Of a DNA stretch of 64,000 bases, positions 1 through 8,799 are shown piece after piece. Position 1 is the first letter of the stretch. Each line of letters opens with the position of its first letter. Both the position numbers and the translations under genes were made by a program. The DNA is taken from assembly GCA_937996655.1 (NCBI GenBank), contig CALKUK010000015.1:198740-262739 (forward strand), given 5' to 3'. Origin of the DNA: an uncultured Sphingomonadaceae bacterium (lineage in GTDB: Bacteria; Pseudomonadota; Alphaproteobacteria; Sphingomonadales; Sphingomonadaceae). Under the pieces are notes generated by a model. The model did no database searches and was not told the DNA's origin. It saw only the letters and a program-made list of their open reading frames with translations.

Positions 1-1630
1 GCGCGTCTGCCGTCATGTCGATGGAGAGCTTGCCGCCGGGCAGCACGTTGACGGTGTGCTTCAGCGGCTGGTCGCCGGCGTCCGCGCCTGTGACCAGTTC
101 AAAGAAATGGCCGTGGACGTGGATGGGGTGCGGCATCATCGTGTCGTTGATGAGGGTAATGCGCACGCGCTCATTCTGCCGGAACAGGATCGGCGCGGTC
201 CGTTCGCTCATCCGCTCGCCATCGAAAGACCACATATAGCGTTCCATATTGGCGGTCAGGTGCATCTGGATCGTCCGCGTCGGCGCGGGGGCATCGTGCG
301 GGGTCAGCGCCTTCAAGTCGGTGTAGCGCAGCACGCGGTGGTTGACGTCTTCCAAGCCAGTCGGCGCATCGCCGATCCGTTGGGCAGGCATGGGGGAGAG
401 GGAGGCGACGCCGGCGTTCTTCTTCACCTGCGGTGCGACGGAAAAGTCGCGCATGTTCATGGAGCTATGGTCCATCATCGGCACGTCAGGCTTGGAGAGG
501 TCCAGCTCCATCGGCATCGCATGGTCCATGCCCATGTCTTTCATGGTGAGGAGCGGACGGGCGCGCAGCGCGGGCACGTCGCCGGACATCCCCGCTCTTG
601 GCGCGAGGGTGGCACGGACAAGGCCCGAGCGGTCAATGGCTTCGGCGATGACGCCATAAGCGCGGTCCTCCGTCGGAGTGACGATCACGTCATAAGTTTC
701 GGCAATAGCTATTTGAAATTCATCAGTTTCTATCGGACGAACATTTTGTCCGTCGGCTTGCACGACCGTCATGGCGAGGCCGGGAATGCGCACGTTGAAG
801 TTGGTCATCGCCGACGCGTTGATGATGCGCAGCCGCACGCGCTCGCCTGCTTTGAACAGCCCGGTCCAGTTCTCCTCGGTCCCGTGGCCGTTGATGAGGT
901 AGCGATAGACCGACCCCGTCACGTCCGAAATGTCGGTTGGGTCCATGTTCATTTGGGCCCATTCCAGCCGCTCCTTGAGCAACTGCTCCTTGCCCGCCAG
1001 CAAGCTGCCGACGGTCTGCTTCTGCCGGTTGAAATAGCCGCCCGCCTGTTTGAGCCGCGTCATGAGTTTGTGCGGGTGGATGAAGCTCCAGTCGCACAGG
1101 ACCAGCACATGCTCGCGGTCGTACGCGACGGGGTCGATGCCTGCGGGGTCAATGATGATCGGCCCGAACTGGCCCATCGCCTCCTGCATGCCGCTATGGC
1201 TGTGATACCAATATGTCCCCGCCTGGCGGATCGGGAAGTCATAGGTGAACGTCTCGCCCGGCCGGATGCCGGGGAAGCTGATGCCGGGCACGCCATCAAA
1301 CTGGAAGGGGACGAGCAACCCATGCCAGTGCAATGAGGTGTCCTCATCCAGCGTGTTGGTGACATGGAGGCGGACGTTCTGCCCTTCGCGCAGTCGGATC
1401 AGCGGGGCGGGCATTGTGCCGTTGACCGTCACGGCATGGCCGGTCTTCCCGCCGGTCGTGAAGCTGGAATGGCCGACCGTCAGGCGGATGTCTTCGCCGG
1501 ACAACTCTCCCATGCCCGAGCCGAACCCGCCCGTCACGCTCTGCGCCCAAGCGGGGACCATCGGCAGCAGCGCCGACGCGCTGGCCGCACGCAGGAGCGT
1601 CCGTCGGTCGAGAGGGGGAACTTTCATCAT
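1..1630 (-). CDS. copA: Copper-resistance multicopper oxidase CopA (3' end runs off the left edge)
   Basis: Hand-translated minus frame, absent from the ORF track because the stop is outside the window. Starts MMKVPPLDRRTLL (Tat-type RR) and carries the multicopper oxidase motifs HWHG, YWYHSH and HPIHVHGH plus a Met/His-rich insert (MKDMGMDHAMPM...MMDHSSMNM). Confidence 0.95.
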   Translation of the reverse strand, partial: MMKVPPLDRRTLLRAASASALLPMVPAWAQSVTGGFGSGMGELSGEDIRLTVGHSSFTTGGKTGHAVTVNGTMPAPLIRLREGQNVRLHVTNTLDEDTSLHWHGLLVPFQFDGVPGISFPGIRPGETFTYDFPIRQAGTYWYHSHSGMQEAMGQFGPIIIDPAGIDPVAYDREHVLVLCDWSFIHPHKLMTRLKQAGGYFNRQKQTVGSLLAGKEQLLKERLEWAQMNMDPTDISDVTGSVYRYLINGHGTEENWTGLFKAGERVRLRIINASAMTNFNVRIPGLAMTVVQADGQNVRPIETDEFQIAIAETYDVIVTPTEDRAYGVIAEAIDRSGLVRATLAPRAGMSGDVPALRARPLLTMKDMGMDHAMPMELDLSKPDVPMMDHSSMNMRDFSVAPQVKKNAGVASLSPMPAQRIGDAPTGLEDVNHRVLRYTDLKALTPHDAPAPTRTIQMHLTANMERYMWSFDGERMSERTAPILFRQNERVRITLINDTMMPHPIHVHGHFFELVTGADAGDQPLKHTVNVLPGGKLSIDMTADA

Positions 1631-1640
1631 TCTCCGTTCA

Positions 1641-1692
1641 GATAGGGGTGCCTATCGCGCAATCATCCCTATATCGATCTATGTATCGATAT
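1641..1692. promoter_or_regulatory. Two inverted repeats in the divergent copA/copC intergenic region (candidate operators)
   Basis: GATAGG-ggtg-CCTATC at 1641-1656 and ATATCGAT-ctatgt-ATCGATAT at 1671-1692 are both perfect inverted repeats. Confidence 0.45.
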
Positions 1693-1727
1693 TCTCTTGC
1701 CCTTTCGGGCACAACCTGAGGACCCCT

Positions 1728-2108
1728 ATGACCAAGCCCCTCTCCCTCATCGCCCTCGGCGCCGCGTTGACGCTGGCGACGCCTGCTCTGGCGCAGGTCA
1801 AGCTGGTGTCCTCAACGCCCGCTGCCAATAAGACTGCGGCAAAGCCCATGGCCGTTAGCCTGACCTTTTCAGACAAGATCGCCCCTAATGCATCAGGCTT
1901 GGATATCGTCATGCTCACCATGGCGGGGATGAAGGATCACCCGCCGATGAAGGTCACCGGCTTTACGGTAAGCGTGAGCGCGGATGGCAAGACGCTGATC
2001 GCGAAGCTGCCCCGCCCCCTGCCCGTCGGCACCTATCTAGTGACCTGGCGGGCCCTGTCGGCAGACAGCAAAGCCAGCGAGGGCAAGATCAATTTTGCGG
2101 TGAAGTAA
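1728..2108 (+). CDS. copC: CopC-family periplasmic copper-binding protein (variant lacking Cu(II) His ligands)
   Basis: Signal peptide, then KLVSSTPA...LTFSD...MLTMAGMKDHPPM...GTYLVTWRALSAD...FAVK matching the CopC/PcoC pattern. Start taken at ATG 1728; next to copA. Confidence 0.9.
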   Translation: MTKPLSLIALGAALTLATPALAQVKLVSSTPAANKTAAKPMAVSLTFSDKIAPNASGLDIVMLTMAGMKDHPPMKVTGFTVSVSADGKTLIAKLPRPLPVGTYLVTWRALSADSKASEGKINFAVK

Positions 2109-2988
2109 CCGGAGCAGCCGGAGCAGTCGGAGCAGTCGGCTTCTTGCTGCGCAGCTCATCGATTTCTGCCTGCCGCTTGGCCAGATAGTAATCGCGCAGC
2201 GCGGCATAGGCCGGCCGGTCACCGTTCTTCAGCTCCTGCCACTTCGCATCAAAGGCGACCCGATCATCCAGCGCATAGATCACGCCGGAGGGGAGCGTGT
2301 AATAGATGTTGTTGAACGGCGCCCCGACCACGGTCGGCAGGAAGGCAAGGTCCAGCAGCCGCCCTGTCACGTCACGCACCGTCGTCGCGCCGATCAACGG
2401 CAGATAGAGATAGGCCCCCGGCTTCACGCCATAATAGCCCATCGTATAGGCAAAGCCGTTGACGCGGTGCGGCAGGTGGAACGGCTTTTTCTTCGCCACA
2501 TCGAACAGCCCCGCAACCCCGACCGTTGAGTTGATCGCAAAGCGGCCGACCGTCTCAAACGCCTTGCCCGGCTTCAGCTGGAGCAGGAAGTTCACCGCCA
2601 CCACCGGTTCCCCGATGTTGAAGAGGAAATTGTGGAGGCCCTTGCGGATCGGTCCGGGCAGGCCATCCTTATAGGCCATGGCCACCGGGGCAACAACGGC
2701 GTCATCTGCGGCCTGGACCACTTCAAAACTGACTTCGTTCGCGCGCTTGAGCGGGTCTTCCTTCGGCGTCGGCTGGGCCGTGACGACAATGTCCTCAGCC
2801 ACTGGCGCTGTCGCGGGAGACGGCGGCGCAGGCAAAGGCGCCGGGGCGACTGTCGGCGCATCAACCGGCGGGGCAGAAACTGTTGGGGCGGGCGCTGTCG
2901 GGGCGGACACAGTCGGGGCGGGCACCGCTTCGGGGTTGGCCTGCATCGCTGTCAGCATCAATGCCGTCGTAAATCCCGAAACACCCAC
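2089..2988 (-). CDS. mlaA: MlaA/VacJ-family outer-membrane lipid asymmetry protein
   Basis: DPLKRAN...N..EP...NFLLQ.K...RFAINSTVGVAGLFDVA...MGYYGVKPGAYLYLPLIGATTVRD is the VacJ signature. Pro/Ala/Thr-rich N- and C-terminal tails. Confidence 0.9.
   Translation of the reverse strand: MGVSGFTTALMLTAMQANPEAVPAPTVSAPTAPAPTVSAPPVDAPTVAPAPLPAPPSPATAPVAEDIVVTAQPTPKEDPLKRANEVSFEVVQAADDAVVAPVAMAYKDGLPGPIRKGLHNFLFNIGEPVVAVNFLLQLKPGKAFETVGRFAINSTVGVAGLFDVAKKKPFHLPHRVNGFAYTMGYYGVKPGAYLYLPLIGATTVRDVTGRLLDLAFLPTVVGAPFNNIYYTLPSGVIYALDDRVAFDAKWQELKNGDRPAYAALRDYYLAKRQAEIDELRSKKPTAPTAPAAPVTSPQN
2109..2139. repeat. 9-bp tandem repeat (YCGGAGCAG x3+) encoding PTAPTAPAAP at the MlaA C-terminus
   Basis: ccggagcag-ccggagcag-tcggagcag-tcgg read directly. 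Confidence 0.85.
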
Positions 2989-3168
2989 TCAAAAATCCTT
3001 TCGCCGCGCATCTGCGGTACCGCTGCATAGACCCGGCAACCCTGCTCCAGCGTTAACAGAAACGTTAACATGGGTCGGCGGAGATGCGCTTTAACTTGGA
3101 GCCTGTGCAAAGCAAGCCGCGCCATTTCCGCACTGACATCTCCGTGCGGCATCGCTAAACGCAGCGGG

Positions 3169-4125
3169 ATGACTGATCTGCCTATCTGCGTTGCAGCACT
3201 TTACCACTTCACGCGGTTTGAAGACCCGGCCGCCATCCGCGCCACCCTTGCCGATGCGTGCAAGGCGCACGGCATCAAAGGCACCCTTCTCATCGCGCGC
3301 GAAGGCATTAACGGCACGATTGCGGGCACCGACGCCGCCATCACCGCGATCCTCGACACCATCGGGAAACTGCCCGGCTGCGGCGGGTTCGAGTATAAGC
3401 TCTCCCGCGCCCGCGAGATGCCGTTCCACCGGATGAAGGTAAAGGTGAAGCCCGAAATCGTGACGATGGGGGAACCCGATATCGATCCGCTCGCCCGCGT
3501 CGGCCATTATGTGGCGCCGCAGGATTGGAACGCGCTGATCGCCGACCCCGACACTATCGTCATCGACACGCGCAATGATTATGAAGTCGCCGTCGGCACA
3601 TTCCAGCGGGCGATTGACCCGAAGACCAAGACCTTTCGGGATTTCCCCGCCTGGTTCCGGGCGGAGCGGGAGCGGCTTTTGGGCAAAGGCACCCCGCCCA
3701 AGGTCGCGATGTTCTGCACCGGCGGCATCCGCTGTGAAAAGTCCACCGCCTTCCTGAAGGCGGAGGGGATTGAGGATGTCTACCACCTCCAAGGCGGCAT
3801 CCTGAAATATCTGGAAACGGTGCCCGCCGAAGTGTCGCTGTGGGAAGGTGAATGCTTCGTGTTCGACCAGCGCGTGACCGTGCGGCACGGGCTGGAGCTT
3901 GGCTCGCTGGAGCTGTGCCACGCCTGCCGCCGCCCGATCAACGCGGAGGACCGCGCCTCGCCGCTGTATGAGGTCGGCGTCAGCTGCCCGGCTTGCTATG
4001 ACGAGCGCACCGACGATCAGCGCGCCCGGTATCGCGAGCGGCAGCATCAGGTCGCCCTCGCTGAGGCGCAAGGCAAGCCGCATATCGGCGCGGTGATGGC
4101 CCCTCCCGATGACGACGCCCCATGA
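3169..4125 (+). CDS. trhO: Rhodanese-related tRNA uridine(34) hydroxylase (UPF0176)
   Basis: EGINGT, DTRNDYE and [10 protein letters not shown] motifs. Start reassigned to ATG 3169. Confidence 0.9.
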   Translation: MTDLPICVAALYHFTRFEDPAAIRATLADACKAHGIKGTLLIAREGINGTIAGTDAAITAILDTIGKLPGCGGFEYKLSRAREMPFHRMKVKVKPEIVTMGEPDIDPLARVGHYVAPQDWNALIADPDTIVIDTRNDYEVAVGTFQRAIDPKTKTFRDFPAWFRAERERLLGKGTPPKVAMFCTGGIRCEKSTAFLKAEGIEDVYHLQGGILKYLETVPAEVSLWEGECFVFDQRVTVRHGLELGSLELCHACRRPINAEDRASPLYEVGVSCPACYDERTDDQRARYRERQHQVALAEAQGKPHIGAVMAPPDDDAP

Positions 4126-4865
4126 CGACACCTAGCCCCGTCCTCTACAGCTTCCGCCGCTGCCCCTATGCGATGCGCGCGCGGCTTGCGCTGCTGGCCA
4201 GCGGCACGGTCTGCACCCTGCGGGAGGTGAAGCTCTCTGCCAAGCCACAGGAACTCCTCGACGCCTCCCCCAAGGGCACGGTGCCGGTGCTGGTGCTGCC
4301 CGATGGCCCAGTCATTGGCGGCCCAGTCATTGGCAGCGGAGTGATCGACGAAAGCCTGGACATCATGCGCTGGGCGCTCACACAGGCAGACCCGGACCAT
4401 TGGCTGGCCGGCGAAGACGCCGCGCTGATCGCGGCCAATGATGGCCCGTTCAAGCATCATCTGGACCGCTATAAATATCCCCACCGTTATGATGTCGACC
4501 CGCTCGAACACCGAGCGGCGGGCGTGGCACATCTGGAGCTGCTGGAGGCCCGACTGGCCGCCTCTCCCTTTCTGTGCGGCCCGCACTGGACAATGACCGA
4601 CGCCGCGCTCGCGCCCTTCGTCCGCCAGTTTGCGGAGACGGACCGAGCGTGTTTCGATGCACTACCCCTGCCTGCGGTGCAGAGGTGGCTGGCGGCGTTT
4701 CTGGCATCACCGATGTTTGCCGCGATCATGGTGCGGTGGCCAGTATGGCAGGCGGGGGATGCGGAGGTGCTGTTTCCGGGCGGATCACAAAGCCCCACGC
4801 CGGATGAGAAGCCCATACCCTCCCCCCCCTCTAACGGACGCCCCTATGCCAGACATGGTTCCTGA
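4122..4865 (+). CDS. Glutathione S-transferase family protein
   Basis: [46 protein letters not shown] overlap with trhO. Confidence 0.9.
   Translation: MTTPSPVLYSFRRCPYAMRARLALLASGTVCTLREVKLSAKPQELLDASPKGTVPVLVLPDGPVIGGPVIGSGVIDESLDIMRWALTQADPDHWLAGEDAALIAANDGPFKHHLDRYKYPHRYDVDPLEHRAAGVAHLELLEARLAASPFLCGPHWTMTDAALAPFVRQFAETDRACFDALPLPAVQRWLAAFLASPMFAAIMVRWPVWQAGDAEVLFPGGSQSPTPDEKPIPSPPSNGRPYARHGS
4305..4334 (+). repeat. In-frame 15-bp perfect tandem duplication inside the GST gene
   Basis: ggcccagtcattggc occurs twice back to back, giving [10 protein letters not shown]. Confidence 0.95.
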
Positions 4866-5367
4866 TCTCTCCGCCCAGCCGGACAGCCCCACACTGCGCC
4901 TCGTCGAATTCCACGACGATCTCGCCCGCGACTTTCATGACATCAATGCCGAATGGATCACGTCGATGTTCGTGCTGGAGGCGACCGACCGGGAGGTGCT
5001 GGAAAATCCGCGCGCGAAGATTCTTGATCCGGGCGGGGCCATCTTGTTCGTCGAGGCTGAAGGGCGCGGTGTCGTTGGCGCCTGTGCCTTGCAGAAAACA
5101 GGGCCTGCCCGCTTTGAGCTGACCAAGATGGGCGTGCGGGAAGCGGCGCGTGGGCTGAAAGCGGGGGAATTCCTGCTCGACGCCGTCATCGCCCGTGCGC
5201 AGACCTTGGGGGCGGAGACGCTCTATCTCCTCACCAGCCACAAATGCGAGGCCGCGATCCATTTGTATGAGAAGCTGGGCTTTGCCCATGATGCGCAGAT
5301 CATGGCAGACTTTGGCGCGCGCTATGAGCGCTGTGATGTGGCCATGCGGTATCGGGGGAAAGCATAG
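4846..5367 (+). CDS. GNAT-family N-acetyltransferase
   Basis: ELTKMGV...RGLKAGEFLL (motif A variant) and AIHLYEKLGF (motif B). Start 4846 or 4855. Confidence 0.85.
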   Translation: MPDMVPDLSAQPDSPTLRLVEFHDDLARDFHDINAEWITSMFVLEATDREVLENPRAKILDPGGAILFVEAEGRGVVGACALQKTGPARFELTKMGVREAARGLKAGEFLLDAVIARAQTLGAETLYLLTSHKCEAAIHLYEKLGFAHDAQIMADFGARYERCDVAMRYRGKA

Positions 5368-5440
5368 GACGAGGAGATTCTGCCTTGATCTTCTGCCTGA
5401 TCTCGGGTTCCTTTCGCACGTTATAGGAGAGCCATAAATT

Positions 5441-5815
5441 ATGACCAACGCGTCCGTATCGCAGCCCAAGCCATCTCGTTTTGCCACAGTGGCGCTGTGG
5501 ATCGTGAAGATCCTCGTTGCCTTTGCCTTTGCGGCGGCCGCCTTCCTAAAGCTATCGGGCGACCCGAAAATGGTCACCGAATTCGGAGAGATCGGCTTTG
5601 GCCAAGGGTTCCGTTACGCGACCGGGATCATCGAACTGGTGGGTGCCGGACTGATGCTCTTGCCCCGCACGGCCCTTGTCGGCGCGCTGACCTTGATCGG
5701 CATCTGCGCAGGTGCGTTGGTCGCTCAACTCGCGGTCCTGCACGGCGATTTGATCCACGTCTTCGTGCTGGGCGGGCTGCTGGTCGTCATCGCAGTCCGG
5801 TCTCGGACAGCTTGA
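5441..5815 (+). CDS. DoxX-family membrane protein
   Basis: Four hydrophobic segments; AFLKL...F..IG.GQGFRYATGIIELVGA.L.L.PRT pattern. Confidence 0.75.
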   Translation: MTNASVSQPKPSRFATVALWIVKILVAFAFAAAAFLKLSGDPKMVTEFGEIGFGQGFRYATGIIELVGAGLMLLPRTALVGALTLIGICAGALVAQLAVLHGDLIHVFVLGGLLVVIAVRSRTA

Positions 5816-5870
5816 TCCATCTGAGCGGATGGGGCGCCGCAATCTTGCGTCCCCGCGCAACCTATCGCCC

Positions 5871-6266
5871 ATGACCCTTTGCAAAACGGCCCGCCGGGTC
5901 AAAATCTTCTTCGATGGCGGGTGTCGCCCCAACCCCGGGCGCGTCGAGGTGGCCGTTGTGGTGCGGGGGCAGACCTATCTCTTCGATGATTTGGGCGATG
6001 GCACGAACAGCGATGCGGAATGGCGCGCCCTGATCTGCGCGGTCGAGGTGGCGCAGTCTTTGGCGCTCACCGACGTGGAGTTGATCGGCGATGCGGTGGA
6101 GGTGATCACAAAAGCCAACGCCGCGCTGCGCAGCGGACAGGCCCGGACGGACCATGAAGCCACGCTCCTCGCCTTGGTGCGGGACGGGCGCCTTGGCCGA
6201 ATCCGCTGGATCAAGCGCGCGCAAAACCTCGCCGGCATCGCGCTCGCCGCGCGGCACCCGAGATAA
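5871..6266 (+). CDS. Small RNase H-like (RNase HI / RVT_3-type) domain protein
   Basis: IFFDGGCRPNPG, TNSDAEW.AL, LIGDA and WIKR.QN match the RNase HI scaffold. Start taken at 5871. Confidence 0.75.
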   Translation: MTLCKTARRVKIFFDGGCRPNPGRVEVAVVVRGQTYLFDDLGDGTNSDAEWRALICAVEVAQSLALTDVELIGDAVEVITKANAALRSGQARTDHEATLLALVRDGRLGRIRWIKRAQNLAGIALAARHPR

Positions 6267-6279
6267 CTAAAATGGGGAA

Positions 6280-6355
6280 TGGTGGAGCCTAGGGGAGTCG
6301 AACCCCTGACCTCTACACTGCCAGTGTAGCGCTCTACCAGCTGAGCTAAGGCCCC
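6280..6355 (-). tRNA. tRNA-Ala(GGC)
   Basis: Reverse complement GGGGCCTTAGCTCAGCTGGTAGAGCG-CTACA-CTGGCAG-TGTAG-AGGTCAGGGGTTCGACTCCCCTAGGCTCCACCA forms a cloverleaf with encoded CCA. Confidence 0.98.
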
Positions 6356-6419
6356 ATTTGGAGGCGCGCCTTTATGTCAGGCGCGCCGCCGTTGCAACCC
6401 TAAGGTTGCAGGTATCAGA

Positions 6420-6737
6420 TCAATTTTCGTCGTTCACGTCGCCGGTGTCGACGCCGAGATCATCATCCCCGCCCAGATCGACATCGTCGTCTGCCGAAGG
6501 TTCGCTCTCGGTATCCACGTCCAGATCCAGATCCGCGCCGAGATCGGCATCGGGGGTCGCGGACGCGACGGGCGCTGCCGCTTCAAACGGAAGAGGCTGC
6601 TTTGACTTCAGAACCGGTTCGGCGATCCACGCATAGCTGCACGAAATGCAGGTGATGGGATCTTCCTTGGTCAGGTCATAAAAACGCGTTGCACACTTCG
6701 GGCACGTACGTTTTGTGCCCCATTCAGGCTTCACCAT
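6420..6737 (-). CDS. TIGR02300 / FYDLN_acid family zinc-ribbon protein
   Basis: MVKPEWGTKRTCPKCATRFYDL...CISC followed by an acidic tail. Start at 6737. Confidence 0.9.
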   Translation of the reverse strand: MVKPEWGTKRTCPKCATRFYDLTKEDPITCISCSYAWIAEPVLKSKQPLPFEAAAPVASATPDADLGADLDLDVDTESEPSADDDVDLGGDDDLGVDTGDVNDEN

Positions 6738-6847
6738 GAGCCTTAAGCCTTTCAAACAAGCAGAATTGCTTTGGGCCGATGTAAACACCGGCTGAATCGG
6801 CGCGCGCCTTGCCATAGCGGAGCGCCGCTGTCAAAGACGCCGGCGAA

Positions 6848-8191
6848 ATGGCGCACAATTCTCCCTCCCCCAAAGCGTTCGCAAAGAGCGGCTCTCTCTC
6901 CGGCACGGTCCGCGTACCCGGCGATAAATCGATCTCCCACCGGTCGCTGATGCTCTCCGCCCTCGCCGTGGGGGAAAGTGTGATTGAAGGTTTGCTCGAA
7001 GGCGAAGACGTTCTTGCGACTGCCGCCGCCATGCGGGCGATGGGCGCGCAGATCGACCGCGGCGATGACGGCGTATGGCGCGTGCAGGGCGTGGGTGTGG
7101 GCGGTCTGCTGCAACCCGAATCAGCACTCGACATGGGCAATTCCGGCACCTCGACCCGGCTCTTGATGGGTCTGGTCGCCAGCCATGCCATTACCGCGAC
7201 CTTCACCGGCGATGCCTCCTTGTCCAAGCGGCCAATGGCGCGCGTCACCGATCCGCTCGGAACAATGGGGGCTGACTTCTCCTGCTCGCCGGGGGAAAAG
7301 GGCAATCAATATCTGCCGATCATGGTGCGCGGCGCCTGCCCTGCCGTGCCGATCACCTACCGGCTGCCGATGGCTTCCGCGCAGGTAAAATCGGCCATCT
7401 TGCTCGCCGGTCTCAACACGCCGGGCATCACGACCGTGATCGAACCCGTTCCGACCCGCGACCATAGTGAGCGGATGCTGGCCGGTTTTGGCGCAAAGCT
7501 CGACATCTCCACCGATGCCGACGGCGCGCGCGTCATCTCCATCCACGGTGAGGCGGAACTCAAGCCCCAGCATGTCGTCGTGCCGGGTGATCCGTCCTCC
7601 GCCGCCTTCCCGATGGTGGCGGCGCTTCTCGTGCCGGGATCAGAGGTCCGCATCGACAATGTCGGCATCAACCCGACACGCGCGGGGCTGATTGAAGTGC
7701 TTCAGGCGATGGGCGGCGACATCACGCTCGTCGATGAACGCGTCGTCGGCGGGGAACCTGTCGCGGACCTGATCGTCCGCCACTCCGCCTTAAAGGGCAT
7801 TGAGACCAAGCCCGACATTGTCCCGAGCATGGTCGACGAATTCCCGATCCTGTTCGTCGCGGCGGCCTTGGCCGAGGGTAGGAGCGTGTTCCGGGGCTTG
7901 GAAGAGCTGCGCGTCAAGGAATCAGACCGCATCAGCGTGATGGCCAAGGGGCTCACGGCGATTGGTGTGACGGTGGAGGAACTGGAAGACGGGCTGATTG
8001 TCCACGGCAGCGGCGGCGTACCGCTGGCCGGTGGCTCGACGATCGCCGCCGAACTTGATCATCGCATTGCCATGAGCTTTGCGATTGCAGGGCTTGTCTC
8101 GTCGGCGCCCGTCACCATCGACGATATGAGCCCGGTCGCGACCAGCTTCCCGATCTTTGAAGCGATGCTGGAAAGCCTCGCCGGGCGATGA
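6848..8191 (+). CDS. aroA: 3-phosphoshikimate 1-carboxyvinyltransferase (EPSP synthase, class II)
   Basis: [44 protein letters not shown]. Confidence 0.98.
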   Translation: MAHNSPSPKAFAKSGSLSGTVRVPGDKSISHRSLMLSALAVGESVIEGLLEGEDVLATAAAMRAMGAQIDRGDDGVWRVQGVGVGGLLQPESALDMGNSGTSTRLLMGLVASHAITATFTGDASLSKRPMARVTDPLGTMGADFSCSPGEKGNQYLPIMVRGACPAVPITYRLPMASAQVKSAILLAGLNTPGITTVIEPVPTRDHSERMLAGFGAKLDISTDADGARVISIHGEAELKPQHVVVPGDPSSAAFPMVAALLVPGSEVRIDNVGINPTRAGLIEVLQAMGGDITLVDERVVGGEPVADLIVRHSALKGIETKPDIVPSMVDEFPILFVAAALAEGRSVFRGLEELRVKESDRISVMAKGLTAIGVTVEELEDGLIVHGSGGVPLAGGSTIAAELDHRIAMSFAIAGLVSSAPVTIDDMSPVATSFPIFEAMLESLAGR

Positions 8192-8799
8192 TCATCGCAG
8201 TCGACGGGCCTGCGGCTTCCGGCAAGGGCACGATCGCCCGGGCGTTGGCCGCGCATTATGATCTGCCGCATCTAGATACCGGCCTGCTTTATCGTGCGGT
8301 GGGCGTGGCGACAGCGCGCGCCGGGCGGGACCCGGATGTGGAGGCGGATGCCGTTGCCGGTTGCCGGATTGACGACGCGCTTCTTGCCGATCCGGACCTC
8401 CGATCTGAAGCGGCAGGGGCGCTCGCCTCTCGCGTGTCACGCCACCCGGCAGTGCGGGCCGCCTTGCTCGCCTATCAGCAAAGCTTTGCCCACCAACCGG
8501 GCGGCGCGGTGCTGGACGGGCGCGACATTGGCACAGTGATTGCGCCAGAGGCGGATGCCAAGCTGTTCGTCACCGCCTCAACCGAGGTTCGGGCGCAGCG
8601 GCGGCACCGGGAAGATAGCGCGACCGACTATGCGGCGATCCTTGCCGACATTGAGGCCCGCGATGCCCGCGACTCGGGTCGAAGTGCCGCGCCGCTGCGG
8701 CAGGCAGACGACGCGGACTTGCTAGATACCACCGATCTGACTATAGGCGCGGCCGTCCAGCGGGCGATTTCGCTCGTGGAGGCCCGGATTCGGCGCTGA
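8188..8799 (+). CDS. cmk: Cytidylate kinase
   Basis: [20 protein letters not shown] and [11 protein letters not shown]; standard position between aroA and rpsA. Confidence 0.97.
   Translation: MIIAVDGPAASGKGTIARALAAHYDLPHLDTGLLYRAVGVATARAGRDPDVEADAVAGCRIDDALLADPDLRSEAAGALASRVSRHPAVRAALLAYQQSFAHQPGGAVLDGRDIGTVIAPEADAKLFVTASTEVRAQRRHREDSATDYAAILADIEARDARDSGRSAAPLRQADDADLLDTTDLTIGAAVQRAISLVEARIRR

Noticed and set aside
56-1336. 426-aa plus-strand ORF and similar long ORFs (3091-4131, 9006-10199, 21153-22370, 27617-28789, 29499-30707, 48252-50045, 60269-61333)
   Set aside because: They are antisense shadows of well-supported genes, expected in GC-rich DNA with biased codons, and have no family motifs.
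2109-2139. Short tandem repeats as a possible CRISPR or VNTR system
   Set aside because: A 9-bp in-frame unit coding a Pro/Ala tail, with no spacers or cas genes. No CRISPR array was seen anywhere in the window.
3052-3069. TTAA pairs here and at 10765-10790 as canonical CtrA boxes
   Set aside because: Spacing is N8 or N6, not N7. Kept only as an unexplained motif.
5871-6266. RNase H-like gene as a retroelement or retron remnant
   Set aside because: No reverse transcriptase (YxDD), no msr/msd-like inverted repeats and no adjacent effector.
5441-6355. Genomic island at tRNA-Ala (also considered for tRNA-Leu and tRNA-Gly)
   Set aside because: No integrase, and no duplicated tRNA 3' end (att) found by eye; flanking genes look native.
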